The translations under genes and the position numbers were made by a program. A stretch of 64,000 nt of DNA from Octopus sinensis (lineage: Eukaryota), in the NCBI RefSeq assembly GCF_006345805.1, contig NC_043004.1, forward strand, positions 124,001-188,000, read 5' to 3'. The notes under the pieces are model-generated. The model did not search any database. It worked only from the letters and a program-made list of their open reading frames with translations, and was not told where the DNA came from. Below, piece after piece: positions 24,703 through 38,632 of the stretch. Within the stretch, counting starts at the first letter, position 1. Each line of letters begins with the position of its first letter.

Positions 24703-25611
24703 TATTTCTAAAAATTGATCCAAAAAACCTGAGAGCGTAGCCTGGGTTGTGTCTGTATCAAAAGATAATCGCTCATCCGCTAATCATTGAAAAATGAAGG
24801 AAATTAGAACACGATGATTACTTTATATGTACACTTTATACACTTTATGAACAATTTTATAAACTTAGTACACAGCGCTCTCACTCTCCGCCTTACCCTC
24901 TTTTTCTCCTTTTTCTTTCTCTCTTTGCCTTTCCCTTCAACTAGTCACGTGAAAGCGTTGAATACAAAAAAATAACACATTTCACTCACCACCACTCTTC
25001 TCCCTCCTCCTCTCCTCTTCTTCTCCTCATCGCCCCTACTCCCCTCCCTTCCCTCTTCAACTAATCACGTGGAAGCGTTACGGACGGGCTAAGTAAAGGA
25101 GTGACAAACAGAATTATTATGAGTTAATGACAATTATAATAAAGCTTCGTTTATTTAACATGGAATACTTTTAGTCTTCTATTATTTTGCTACTTTCACT
25201 CATTGGATTGCAGCCATACCAAGACACAACATGAAAGAGGTTAACCGATCGAGTCACCACCCCTCCACTAGTACCAATTTTTTAAGGGTCTGCATTTATT
25301 CTATCGCTCGCTTTGTGGGACCCTAATGTTATGTGGACGTCAAGAAAGTTGTACAGAAGGAACACAACTATATTTACACACACAAACGCACACGCACACA
25401 CAAACGCACACACTCACACACACACGTGCGCGCGCACGCGGAGGAAGCTACCTTCTAGCATCGCTTCGGCTGGACCCAAACAATGTGAGCAACTTTGGCT
25501 AAACGGAGATTGGGTACTAAAAATTTCTTGTTGCCCTGCCCCAGTTTAACACCAGCCCAGTTGGTCCCAGGGTACTTTTATCGCGGAGTCTATTTTCATG
25601 TAAATATAACT

Positions 25612-25648
<37 letters not shown>

Positions 25649-25703
25649 ACTTGTTTCAGCTATTGGACTGCGGTCATGCTAGAGCACCATATATATGTAT
25701 GTA

Positions 25704-25790
<87 letters not shown>

Positions 25791-25831
25791 TAATAATAAC
25801 AATAATAATGATAATAATAATAATATTAATA

Positions 25832-25920
<89 letters not shown>

Positions 25921-26569
25921 AGTAAAGATATATGTGTATAGTTATATGTTTTACTCGATTCAGTAGTTGGATTGCGGTCATGTTGGAGCATCGTCTGTAT
26001 ATATCAATATAGGACCTCAGTGATCGTGTCTATATTTATATATCAAATTTAGTTCTGTCTACCGTAGTACTTCTTATACTTTTAGACCAGCAGACAATCG
26101 AAATCCTGTTGGCGTCTCTTATGAAGTGCAGACAACAGGGTTAATTTAGCCAGGTTCATACTTATTCTCATTCTAATTGAAATGAAAATGCTATAACCGT
26201 AGAAGCCAGTTCTCAATGGATAAGTGGTGGTATGAAGCTGTGTACGCTAGAAATCCTGAAAGGAAAATCGAATGGAACGTGGAAACGATTTACGGAAAAT
26301 TGTAAATTAAACATTACACACCTCTCATCAGCCATGGAGACCAGAATCTACTTAGTTTCGATGCGTTTATAGTTCAAGGGCTTTAACTTTCATGATACTG
26401 TCACTTTGGTTTCGTTTGTCGTATTTCATGTCTGAGGTGATGGATGTTGCAAAGAAAAAGACTGAGAAGAGCCGAAGTAGATGCACACACGCTCACATAC
26501 ATATACAGAGAGAAAGAGAGAGAGAGGGGGGTAGGAAGGAGGAAGAAAGAAAAAAAGACAGAGACACAC

Positions 26570-26651
<82 letters not shown>

Positions 26652-27168
26652 GTAAGTAGAGGAAAAGGTAAGAGTTAGGCAGCCAGCCAATTAGATATAT
26701 AAAGAATGAAGGAGAGAGAGAGGGAGAGAAAGAAGAAAAGAAAGAGAAAGTTAGTGAAAAAATTGAAATGGATGATGGATGAATGAAAGTAAATAATATG
26801 GAATTATGAGAAAGCGGATTGTGGGACAAAGCTTAGCTGAAATTGATGGAAGGACAGAAATGACACTGAGATGGAAGTAATTAGTTAAGACAGAAGAGTG
26901 ACTGGCAAATCAAGGAAACATTCCAGAGCCGGGAAAAGAATGAAAATAATGAGTCGTGAGAAGGGTGACGACGGCAGAGGGGGAATTAGAGGAAGAGAGG
27001 GTGAAGATAGGTAGAGAAAGTTTAGGAAGGAGGGGAGGAGAGGACGTGAGGAAAGAGAGTGAGTGAGTGAGAGAGGGTGCGAGAGAAGGATAAGGGGAGT
27101 GAAGGAAGAAGAACAGAAGCGAAGGAAATGTCGGCGAGAAAGAGGCTGATATTATGTATGAGGAAGCA

Positions 27169-27417
27169 AGGCGGCGAGCTGGCAGAAACGTTAGCACGCC
27201 GGGCAAAATGCGTAGCCGTATTTCGTCTGCCGTTACGTTCTGGGTTCAAATTCCGCCGAGGTCGACTTTGCCTTTCATCCTTTCGGGGTCGATAAATTAA
27301 GTACCAGTTACGCACTGGGGTTGGGTAATCGACTTAATCCGTTTGTCTGTCCTTGTTTGTCCTCTCTGTGCTTAGCCCCCTGTGGGCAATAAAGAAAAAA
27401 ATTATTATTATTATTAT

Positions 27418-27458
<41 letters not shown>

Positions 27459-27580
27459 TTCGGGGTCGATTAAATAAGTACCAGTTACGCACTGGTGTCG
27501 ATGTAATCGACTTAATCCGTTTGTCTGTCCTTGTTTGTCCTCTCTGTGCTTAGCTCTTTGTGGGTAGTACAGAAATAATT
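27169..27580 (+). mobile_element. Family C SINE plus a duplicated 3' half
   Basis: Consensus-like copy; second GGGGTCGAT...AGTACCAGTTACGC module after (AGT)n. Confidence 0.85.
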
Positions 27581-27739
27581 ATGTATGAGGAAGGTAAGGA
27601 GAGTAAGAGACAAATATTTAAAGAGGGATAAAAAGAAAGAGAGAGGGGGAGAGAGAAAGAAGGAGAGGAAGATAGAGAGAGAGCTGTAAGATAGATACGT
27701 GTGTGTGTGTGTGTGTATTATTGTACCACTATGTAACGG

Positions 27740-27940
27740 TTGCAGGGTTTAAGGCCAGCAGTTTTTAAGGGATGGGAGCTGTCGATTACATTGAACCCCA
27801 GTATTTAGCAGGGATTTCATTCTACTAACCTACGAATGGACAGAAGGCAAGATTGACCTCGTTGGGATTTGAACTCAAAGCGTAAAGATCCACTAAGCAT
27901 TTTGTTCGACATGCTAACGATTCTGCCTGCATGCTACTTT
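27740..27940 (-). mobile_element. Old family C SINE
   Basis: GTCGATTACATTGAACCCCAG...GACCTCG...GAACTC. Confidence 0.6.
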
Positions 27941-28150
27941 TCGGGTTGCCTACACCCAATGAAGAAACGAGTATTGTCATTATTTACATTATTTACATTT
28001 GACGGATATTTGTTCTCATCTTGTTTGTTGTTAACACAATGTTTCGGCTGATATACCCTCCAGCCTTCACCAGGTGTCTTGGGGAAATTTCGAACCTGGA
28101 TTCTCATTCCTAAGGTACTTTTCAATGTTGTTGTTGTTGTTGTTGTTATA

Positions 28151-28215
<65 letters not shown>

Positions 28216-28219
<4 letters not shown>

Positions 28220-28652
28220 TAGTTTTATTTTTATAGCGTGCTTTCACTTCACTACCGAGCGCAGCTCTGTGTGCCTTGGGTATGTGCTGTGATTTGTTGT
28301 GATGCTCTGATGGTTATTGTATGGAAAGTGTTCTGCGTAGGATGTGTGCAGTGCCCAGTAGTGCAATTTTCTGTATGTTATATGTGTTTGTAAGTCCTGG
28401 TATTTTTGTTATGTATTTGTCTGAATATTTTTTTATCATGCTTAATGCACCTACTATGATAGGAATTGTTTCTGTTTTTAGATTCCACATACTGGTTACC
28501 TCTATTTCCAGGTCTTTGTATTTTGAGAGTTTCTCCATTTCTTTTAGAGACACATTGTCATCTGCCGGTATTGATACATCAATTAGAAAGCATTTTTTTT
28601 CTTCATGATCTCTGACAACTATATCTGGTCTGTTGGCCTTAATTTCTCTATC
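28216..28652 (-). pseudogene. Dong/R4-clade LINE 3' fragment (RLE domain and 3' UTR), (TAA)n at both ends
   Basis: RPDIVV...IDVSIP...EKLSKYKDLEIE...IPIIVGALS...IQKIALLGTAHILRR. Confidence 0.8.
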
Positions 28653-28704
<52 letters not shown>

Positions 28705-28709
<5 letters not shown>

Positions 28710-28780
28710 TCGCTGCCTAGAATGGAACTCGGAGTCTTGGGGTTAGTAGCCCGCGCTCTTAACCACTACGCCATATGCCC
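28705..28780 (-). mobile_element. tRNA-like mini-retroposon (head only) with an (AAT)n tail
   Basis: GGGCATATGGCGTAGTGGTTAAGAGCGCGGGCTACTAACCCCAAGACTCCGAGTTCCATTCTAGGCAGCGACCTGA directly followed by (ATA)n; cloverleaf imperfect. Confidence 0.6.
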
Positions 28781-29098
28781 GGTTTGCGAGGTTTAATAGT
28801 TTTAAGAGGATGAGGAAGAAGAGGAAAATGATGAGGGGGAGGATACCGACGTTGTCTTAAGTAAAATTAATATCAACAGATGAGTTCGGCGGAACTGACA
28901 ACTGTTGGACAGAACTCATGTAGTGGTGATCAAAGAGGTGCTAAGAAGAGTAAACGAGGAGAATCATAAAAGAAATGGTGTGACAAGACAGACAAGTAAT
29001 GGAACGATACTCTCAGCTGGCCACATCAGGAAATGAATCGAAAAGAATATAAGCAGGGCTTGCGGAGACTTTCTTTCAGAAGTGGACAGAAAACGGCT

Positions 29099-29508
29099 CT
29101 TTTACTCTTTTACTTGTTTCAGTCATTTGGCTGCAGCCATGCTGGAGCACCGCCTTTAGTCGAGCAAATCGACCCCAGGACTTATTCTTTGTAAGCCTAG
29201 TACTTATTCTATCGGTCGCTTTTACCGAACCGCAATGTTACGGGGACGTAAACACATCAGTATCGGTCGTCAAGCGATGTTGAGGGGACAAACACAGACA
29301 CACAATCATATACACACACACATACATATATATAAACATATATACGACGGGCTTCTTTCAGTTTCCGTCTACCAAATCCACTCACAAGGCTTTGGTCGAC
29401 CCAAGGCTATAGTAGAAGACACTTGCCCAAGGTGCCATGCAGTGGGACTGAACCCGGAACCATGTGGTTCGTAAGCAAGCTACTTACCACACACCCACTC
29501 CTACGCCT
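29099..29508 (-). mobile_element. SINE family A, full length
   Basis: Near-consensus copy. Confidence 0.9.
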
Positions 29509-29539
29509 ATAAGCTGACAAAAAAGAAAAAAACAGCTTC

Positions 29540-29830
29540 TTACCTACAAAGCCTATCTAGGTCGACCACACAGATCACAAATTTGTAATTTGTAGAGCTG
29601 ATGACTTGAAAGTGTGAAGGAGCCATTCTATCCTCGTCTACTAGCCAGTAGAATATTCTGTCTAGACACTTCTTGGATGCCCCAATGCGGTTTGTCTTTC
29701 TCTATATTGGTACATTCGGGAAATCCAGTCGGTACCTGTCAAACAAATGGAAAGGTCTGAGCAAGTTTGCGAGGCTTTTGCAATCCGCTCTTCCTATCAG
29801 CAAACTCTACACAAGCGTAAAGAAAATGGT
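29540..29830 (-). pseudogene. Possible L1/Tx1-type APE endonuclease C-terminal remnant
   Basis: KCLDRIFYW...STNYKFVIC loosely matches the APE 'S.LDR...SDH' motifs. Confidence 0.35.
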
Positions 29831-30561
29831 TAAAAGAAGAAGAAAGAAAAAGGAATGAAACTGTATCCATGGATTTCAACAGACTCCTAAGTCTGATAGA
29901 ATCAATATGAGCGATGTTTTTCTTAACTTACTGCAAATCAACAACAGTGTCGGGGGAGGGAATATAAAGAATTATTAAATGTACGAGACCGTGGAGTCAA
30001 AGGATTGGGCATAGAGGTTGAACAGAGGAGAATAGAAGAATCTATCAGGCAGGGTTGAGCGGAGGAAGCGCGAGGCCAGTGGATCTACAGAGAGGATAAA
30101 GAAATGTTTGTGAGGAAACAACGGCTATTTTGGGTCAGAGATTGCTGTGTGTTGGTGAGTGAAGCCATGCTGGATATGAAAATTGTTTTAATATAGAAAT
30201 GGATTTATGCATTTTACTTTGCTGCAAAGCTACTGGCATACTTCATTATAAACACTCTGAAGAGTCGGGCCTTTTCCGACTCGCTTCGAAAATTCACATC
30301 ATTCCTAAAGACCATTCATGGCAAACTACACAGTGTTTCTTCTTTTTCTTTTATGTTTTTGGGGTTTTTTTCCCTCCGAGTCTGAAAGAGGAGCTAATTC
30401 CGACCTCGGCAGAATTTGACCTCAAAACTTAAAATGGATGTAACTAGCTAACATTTTATCCGGAAGTCTACGGATTCTCAAGTCGTAATTAATAAAACGT
30501 CTCTTAAAGGGGAAACGAGATAATAGAAACGGTCTGGAGATGGATAGGTAAATAGATAGAC

Positions 30562-30643
<82 letters not shown>

Positions 30644-31042
30644 AGACGAGGTGAAGAAATATGGAACATTTTTTTTCCTTCTTATTTGCACTTGGACGGC
30701 TCTGAGTGAGAGATTTCAACAAGCAGCTAAATACACTCGCCTTGATCACGGGTGATTACAAGCGTGTAGGACAACAAAGAAACGACTTTCAGAAGATAGG
30801 AAAAATATACGCTTAACTTGAACGGGCGTACTTGAGAAGGTTAGCTGGAATAGAAAATCTAGTTTATGCAGAAACGTGTAAATTGACACTTGAACACCAA
30901 AGTAATGACATCGAGTTTGTGTTGACACGCGCTAAAACACACAAAACATACAAAACTCCCGCTTTCTTTTCGACTTCTGAAAATATACTATCATGCAACT
31001 ACTACACATGATTGGGGAAATATGTGTATATGTGTGGAAGGA

Positions 31043-31093
<51 letters not shown>

Positions 31094-31769
31094 CAACTCT
31101 TACACACGCGCGCGCCGTCAGACATCTAAGCTGTATGTTTAGTAGCTAGGTATGTTTATATGTCGTTTATGATGAAAGTTTTATATAAGAATAAATAAAT
31201 ACAGCGAAGTAAGTGGATAGATTGAAAGAAAGAGTAAATGTAGAAAACGGTGAAAATAAAGAAGGAATAAGAAGTAGAGGAGAAGGTGAGTGTAGGGAAG
31301 AAAAAAGATGAAGATGGGGTTAAAGCTAGATGAGATAGAAATATAAAGATAAGAAGATCAACAAGAAGAAGGAGAAAGAAAAGTGGGAGAAGAGTATAGG
31401 TCGTATATATCCGGTTGTAAACAAATCTGATAGCCTTGAAAAAGGAAAGAGAAAAAATATCTCGACAAAAGTCGATGTTAGTTGAGAGCGATAAGAAAAC
31501 TCAATGAGCAGACGACAAGGAAGTGACAATGGATGATGAGCCGTACTAAAGAAAATGGACGTCAGGCAGTTGTTTTGTTTCTTTGTGTCTTCGTTGTTGT
31601 CGACTCAAAATGCTGACATCATGAGAAAGTTCTGGTGAACTGAATACCGTATTTGATGGCATTAAAGACGTACGAGTATATTAGAAGCAGCCGCAATTTC
31701 AGCAGCGCATGTTCAAGGGGGAAAAAAAAGTTTTTAGTGCCTTAAAGCATGAGGTATAGGACTGACTTA

Positions 31770-31920
31770 GGCAGCGAGTTGGGAGAAGCGTTAGCGCGCC
31801 GGAAAAATTGCTTAGCGCCATTTCCGATTTAAAGTTCTGAGTTCAAATTCCACCGAGGTCGACTTCGCCTTTCATCAATTCGCAGACGAATTCCTGGTCA
31901 AGTGCCAAAATTTGAAACTA
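31770..31920 (+). mobile_element. Family C SINE with an internal deletion
   Basis: Head through GAGGTCGACTTCGCCTTTCATC. Confidence 0.7.
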
Positions 31921-32654
31921 GTTGAAGTCCAACTTCACATAGAGGACACAAAGTGATTTTTTGTTTCAGTTTTTTAAAAGAAAATGTGTATCATATAGCA
32001 TCAAACACGATGATTCTTTCATAAAGAAAGTGAGTTGTAGAAGAAATAGCTAACAAAGCTTTGGCTTATGATGCAAAAGTCGAGTTCGATCCAAACTTAG
32101 CGTATTTTTCTACAAAGAGCGATTCTCAAACGATGTACTACAAGGGCGTTTTTCAAAATATAATTTAAGATTTTAGACAATCTAAACTGAATGCTTGAGC
32201 GTTTTGGAAAAACATGTTGTTCAAAACTTTGTTGTACACAAGTTTGGTTATAAAACAAGCTATGCAACAGTTTTTGTTCTTAAGAGTGGTCATAATGAAG
32301 TTTATCCGGTCAAGTACCAGATTAACTGTATTACTGTATTAACTCTTTAAATTTTAACATTTGGGAAGCATTCTATCCGTTACCAGCTGCAATGCACATT
32401 CATCAAGGTCAGAGTGAATAATCCTGTTTTCAGATTAACCATTATAATCAAATCATTGACTTTCAACACCTTTCGCTGTACAATAGTCTGTTTCTGTTGC
32501 TGTTAGTTGTGACAAATACGCAAGGCTGGTTACGATTCCCGGAGGTCAGCATCTCGTTATCCCGATCTTTTCTGCTAAACACTGAGATTTAATACATTAT
32601 TTGGTTTACCACCAAAGCAAATCATCTCTTCGACATCCAGAGTTTCTCCGAAGA

Positions 32655-32770
32655 TGTCGTCGCTCTTACCCGTAACTAACGACGACGAGGGTTCCAGTTG
32701 ATCCGATTAACGGAACAGCCTGGTCGTGAAATTAACGAGCATGTGGCTGAGAACCTTATAGGCACGCATC
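32655..32770 (-). mobile_element. Family B SINE 3' fragment
   Basis: GACGACGAGGGTTCCAGTTGATCCG...GAACAGCCTG...GTGAAATTAACG. Confidence 0.7.
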
Positions 32771-33004
32771 CCATTAACAGTGATAGAGAGCAGAAGAGAA
32801 CTCTTAGTACATGTACGGTAGCAAAGCAATTTTTGTCTTTTTGCTCAGAAAGGAAAAGCTAGAAAGAGAGGACAGTGGCAGAGAGAGACAAAGAGACAGA
32901 AATAAAGAAACACTGTATTTAAATAAGAGCTACGAATAGTTTCATGTCATGGAAACACGATTTTTCTATGGCATACAGTTATCAGTAGCTCTTATTTAAA
33001 TATT

Positions 33005-33220
33005 CTTTTCTACTCTAGGCACGAGGCTCGAAATTTTTGGGGAGGGTGCTAGTCAATTAGATCGATCCCAGTACATAGCTGGTACTTAATTTATTGAACC
33101 CGAAAGGATTAAAGGCTAAGTCGAACTCGGCGGAATTTGAATTCAGAGCGTGAAGACAGACGAAATACTGCTAAGCATTTCGCCCGGCGTGCTAACGTGT
33201 CTGCCAGCTCGCCGCCTTAG
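33005..33220 (-). mobile_element. SINE family C
   Basis: TTCTTTTCTACTCTAGGCAC...GCCAGCTCGCCGCC. Confidence 0.85.
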
Positions 33221-34464
33221 CTCTTATTTAAATATTGGGTAAATTAAATGATATTTATCTCTCACTGGATGGAGTACATTGCTTGTTAATCCTATTTTTA
33301 ATGGAACAATAAGCTATATATATATAATCTTGCTCGCCCTGCCAACGGTGTGACATCGTTCGAAAGCTAGCACACACACACACGCATATACGACAGGCTT
33401 CTTTCAGTTTACTTCAACCAAATCCATTCACAAGACTTTACTCGACCTGGGGTTATACTAGGAGACACTTGCCCGAGATGCCGCGCAGTGGGACTGAACC
33501 CAAATCACGTAGTTGTAAAGTATGTTCGAAGTGAAACAGCAAATACGGGAAATTAAACACAGATTTCATTCTCCGTTAGTTTTGCTTGTCAAGAACGAAA
33601 TAGTGATGTTTTTACGATCTCGTGTAGGGTGACGGTCCCTATCAATAAGACTGTTCTATATCCGGAAATGGAACCGGCTTGCGAATTTGATTAGCACCAC
33701 GAGTTAATTAAGGGGAAAATAATCGAAAGTTTTCAAATTGTTTTCCTTCATAAAAATTTAGCAATGGTTTTCAGTTACTGAGAAAAGAAAAAAAAAAAGA
33801 AAGGTAAAGAAAAAAAGGAAATAATGAGCTGTGATGAAACAAAAGAAACGAAAGGAAGAATTTGGTGGTTTGTTATGGCGAATAACAAAAACAGGAAAAA
33901 TTTTCTCGTTAATATGGAGAATATATAAAGGATAAATTTGTTAAAGGAGAAATCACGCGTGTGAAAGACTTCGTTGTACATTGGTGAAAGACAAGGATAA
34001 TAATAAACGAGTGTGGTCAATCGTTCGTTCGTTCGTGAGCTTCAGCGAGAAACGAAGTGTACGATGTATTATAGCAATTATACAAACAACAACTACAATC
34101 TAACAAGATTTTTGGCTTTAAACGATAACAGACAAAAGGAGTGAGCCTCACTGAAGGGATAAAATCCAAACGAGGGTGAGCCTACGCATCGCCGATCGTC
34201 TTGCTAGAAATAACAACCAAATTTCCCACCTACAAGCCTACCATTTTAAAAAGACATTGAGTTCAGTACAATTTCATTATGAATCGCAGACAGGCTCTGG
34301 TTTTAATATAATTAGTGTAGTGCTCTGCAACTGCTATGCCGCGGCACACTGGTGGACCACAAGACGAAACTAGGTGCAATGTAATCTGAATATTATTTTT
34401 TTCCCTATCTTTAGTTCAGGTGTGCCGCCGAATTTTGAATAGAATATACGCGTACCGCGATTAT

Positions 34465-34536
34465 TATGGGATGTGTGATGACCCTATCATTTTGGCAACT
34501 TGTTGCCAAAATAAGATGGTCGTCACACATTCCATA
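34465..34536 (+). other. 72-nt imperfect hairpin (pre-miRNA-like or MITE remnant)
   Basis: 18-bp basal stem with two G-U pairs, a small internal loop and an 11-bp apical stem ATTTTGGCAAC/GTTGCCAAAAT. Confidence 0.5.
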
Positions 34537-34690
34537 TTTTTTCTGAACCAAATTTTAAATTTTAAGTTTTAATTCACTTGAAGAAAACGGTTTTTTAATT
34601 ATGTAAGCGGTTTATTCACCAATGAAAAACACATCTGAAGCAACTGTAGTAAACTTTACACTGTTTCTGTTCTTTGTATTACTTTGTAGG

Positions 34691-34900
34691 GGAGGTGCAA
34701 TGGCCCAGTGGTTAGGGCAGCGGTCTCGCGGTCGTAGTGATCGCTGTTTCGATTCCCAGACCGGTCGTTGTGAGTGTTTATTGAGCGAAAACACCTAAAG
34801 CTCCACAACTTACTCTCAATCTTTGTCCCTGTTTCTGTTGTACCTGTAATTCAAAGGGGCTGGCCTTGTCCCACACTGTGTCACACTGAATCTCTCCGTG
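34691..34900 (+). mobile_element. Family B SINE, deleted
   Basis: Head and partial body. Confidence 0.8.
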
Positions 34901-34946
34901 GGGCTGCAAGGCAGACAAAAGTGGGTAATGCATACTCATGCATATA

Positions 34947-35780
34947 CAGGTTACGGTGAATATATTGTCGTCTAAATTACGCAAAAATGAAAATAACATC
35001 GACATCTCATTTTAACAAGTATATTTACCAAAATTACATAAAAATATCTTGAAAAACTAAGAAGTAAATTTATTCTATAAAATCGCCATTGGCTTGATCC
35101 ACGACCTCCAGACGACTTCTGCAACTCTTCTGGATAGTCTCCTTGTTTAAGTTGGTGAATGCTGCCATAATCCTTGCTTTCATTTCATTTTTGGTGTTAC
35201 AAGGAGTTTTGTTGGTCTCTCGCTTAACTGTGCCCCACCCAAAATAATCAAGGGGTTTACAGTCTGGGGAGCTAGGTGGCAAGATGTCTGGAGTGATGTG
35301 GTCGCAGAAATTCTCCTGCTTGTGTGGCAAGGTGCAGAGTCCAGTTGCCAGACATAGGTTGTTCCAGCAGCCACCTTCTTGACCAAGGGCATTTGATATA
35401 GGCCTTCGGGTTGAGCCTGAGGCCGCGTGTAAAGATGAACGGAGGCATAACGTTGCCATCGCTAGTGATCAAACCAAACACCATGATGTTGACTGGATGT
35501 TTCATTATTACCACTCTCGGTACATGTTTTGGGGACACGACAAGCTAACGGTTGTTCTGTGCTCACCATCTGTTTGTATTGGAGCTTCCGGCGCGAATGC
35601 CAAGTAGTACTTGTCGTTTCCAAATTTATGACAGAGTGAATAGCGTCATGGCGCTGTTTTTCTCACAAACGGTACCCAACTGACCCTACTATATTGTGTA
35701 GTCGACAAAATCCAAAACAAACAATGTGCATACGCGAAATTAAAAATTTAAAACAGCGACAATTTACCTATTGCACCCTG
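34947..35780 (-). mobile_element. Second internally deleted maT/Tc1-like element
   Basis: TIRs CAGGTTACGGTGAATATATTGTCG / CGACAATTTACCTATTGCACCCTG; remnants VWQLDSAPCHTSRR and PPSSPDCKPLDYFGWG; colinear with 14500-15401. Confidence 0.8.
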
Positions 35781-35819
35781 CATATACTCATGCATATGTA
35801 TGTATGTAAATATATACAA

Positions 35820-36560
35820 GGCAGCGAGATGGCAGAATTTCGTCTGCCGCTACGTTCTGAGTTCAAATTCTGCCGAGGTCGACTTTGCCTTTCATCCTTT
35901 CGGGGTCGATTAAATAAGTACCAGTTACGCACTGGTGTCGATGTAATCGACTTAATCTGTTTGTCTGTCCTTGTTTGTCCTCTCTGTGTTTAGCCCCTTG
36001 TGGGTAGTAAAGAAGTAGGTATTCGTCTGTTTTTACGTTCAGAGCGCAAATTCCGCCGAGGTCGACTTTGCCTTTTGTTCTTTTAGGGGTGGATGAAATA
36101 AGTACCAGTTATGCACTAGGGTTGATATAATCGACTTAATCCGTTTGTCTGTCCTTGTTTGTCCCCTCTGTGTTTAACCCCTTGTGTGTAGTAAAGAAAT
36201 AGAAATAGGTATTCGTCTGTTTTTACGTTCAGAGTTCAAATTCCGCCGAGGTCGACTTTGTCTGTCATCCTTTCGGGGTCGATGAAATAAGTACCAGTTG
36301 CGTGCTTGGGTTGATCTAATCGACTGGTCCCCTTCCTCAAAATTTCAGGCCTTGTGCCTAGAGCAGAAAAGAATATATACAAATACACATATATTTATAC
36401 ATGCATTCTCGCGAAAACTTTCAGTTTAGGTCCTATCGAGATCCTTTCAGGGTCGATGAATAAAGTACCCGTCCATAGCACTGGATTGGTGGAATAGTCG
36501 GACGAGATATCTTCAGATATGTTTCACTAGTCTGTAAGTTCTGAGTTCAAATTCGGCCTT
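35820..36560 (+). mobile_element. Head-to-tail cluster of 3-4 partial family C SINEs
   Basis: Repeated TTCGTCTG...AAATTCCGCCGAGGTCGACTTTG modules. Confidence 0.85.
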
Positions 36561-37424
36561 CTGTCACCGGCAAAAATCGAATCTTTCAGACCCCGTCAAA
36601 AAAACTGAAATAAGTTTGAGAAACCCTTAAGCTAGTGTCCAATTATTTCAGTTGATCGGTCTGAATGGAAGATGATCAATCTGCGAATGAGAAAACAATA
36701 ATATTGCCCAACCTTGTTCCTCAACATCGAACAGCAATTTATATATAGCCAACATTATATACACACACGCGCGTGTGTGCGTGTGTATATAATCTGTTGT
36801 TCTTTTCCTTTGTGTTTATACATGTATACTCATACATACCCACGCAATGATACAACTGTGTGTCTTACGATCGAAGCTTGTATGGCAGCGTGACTTTGTA
36901 TTTATTTATTTGCAGGCTACAACCTTCTGTAGTCTACAGAAGATATTAATCGGATCTCACTTGTTCCCTTTTGGTCGTCCCCACTGTCTTTCTTTGCCCT
37001 GCCCCTCTCTGCTCCCCGTCTCCTTTTTGACAATTATGATATTAAACTCCACTCTCTGAAACGCTAACATTAACTTCCTCTACTCCATTCCCTCTTCAAA
37101 ACGGCGGAAGCAACAACTATGGCACCATCAGCCACTAGAAGAACTATATAAACAAACATAAAACAACCAAAAGAAAATAATGTGAGCAGAATAACTTTCA
37201 CTTCTCTCTGTTTTGCAACGAAGTTTGTAGGTTTGGAAAAGATTTATGTTTGGGATTTGTGTGTCTTTAGTCCTACACCTGCGTCTTCTTTCTGGTGGAT
37301 GAGGTGAAAACAAGCTTTTGACACCTGCCACCAATGATGTTATTCGCTTAAGCGATTTTCTGATGTACGCACAACAGCGGTCAAAACGGCTGTTACTGCT
37401 TCTGTTGTTATTTTGCCTATTATT

Positions 37425-37489
<65 letters not shown>

Positions 37490-38464
37490 GTTATTAGGGT
37501 TATTTTCGTTGTTTTGCGCCTAACAGTAGTTCTTTGTAGTAACGTCGAGAATAAAATCCGGTCATCTTTCGTGCGGCAGACTCCTGGCTGAGGAATTTGA
37601 GTAAGTTGTAAGAAATATGAACTAATAAAATAATAAAAAAATAAACAAGTTGTTTGATAAATAATTATGAATTGAAACAGAAAATAGATTAAATCTATTG
37701 AAATGGATTAGAGCAAATGTATAAAACTTTATTAATATAATCTATATTAATGAAAACAACTATAGATTGTCAGATTAAATGCATAACGATGTTTAGTTTT
37801 GATCTCAAGCCAACCATAGTCAACTCAATCTTTCGTCTGAATCAGACGAGTGATATTGAGAATTTGGAATGACGTTGAGGTATACAAAGGAAATAACCTA
37901 TGACATCCGTTGGCCTTCCGACACGAGCGAGCCTGATACGGTTGATGTCCAGTTTCAGCGTGAGGGAGGAAGGGAGGGAGACAAGGAAAGAAACATAAAA
38001 ATATCAGGTGTCAAACAAGTCAGCGTCGAATCAGTAGCGCCAAATAAGCAGCGCCAACACGGCTGTACCAAAATGTTTCATGCCCTCTTCAGAAATCGGA
38101 GCCGTATTCCGCGTTAAGCTTTTCTTGAGCTTTGTAGCGTTGATGGAAGGCTAGGCGAGTTTGATTTGGAGCTGCAGGCATAGCAATATTCTGTACGTGA
38201 CGTGGGTTGATTATAACTTTAGTGGGAGACCTAGAATTGATCGTAACTTTAAAGTTTGTTATTGCATGTTCTCCTAGGGGATGAAACGACACTGATAAAA
38301 GTGCTGAATTTTTTCTAACTAATCTACAAGCCTATATTATTTATGTATACACATACATATACACACATACATATATGTGCATGTGTATACATGAAATGTT
38401 TATGAATATATGTGTGCAGGATATACGTAAGTATATGTATATGTATGTATATACATACGTAAAT

Positions 38465-38625
38465 ATATGATTATTCTTGAGATTGCTCCAATCTGGCCAG
38501 CCCCAAGAAAAAACTAAGCTAAGAGCATTAGATTCCTTGGAAGAAAGCATCGAATGTATATAAAAACAAGGACGGAGAAACAGACAATGTTACACAAATA
38601 TAAATACAATAAAAATACAATATAT
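38465..38625 (-). mobile_element. Family F fragment
   Basis: Reverse complement homolog of 55385-55530. Confidence 0.75.
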
Positions 38626-38632
38626 ATATATA

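Noticed and set aside
29594-29615. CTGATGA-CTT-GAAA
   Set aside because: No stem II; lies inside a probable LINE remnant on the other strand
30254-30295. CTGAAGA plus hairpin plus GAAA as a hammerhead
   Set aside because: Seven extra bases between stem II and GAAA, and no stem I
33900-34400. Possible first exon or TSS with GTGAGC donor-like sites
   Set aside because: Only short motifs; cannot be supported without transcript data
37869-38117. 82-aa non-repetitive ORF as a host exon
   Set aside because: No recognisable domain or convincing splice sites
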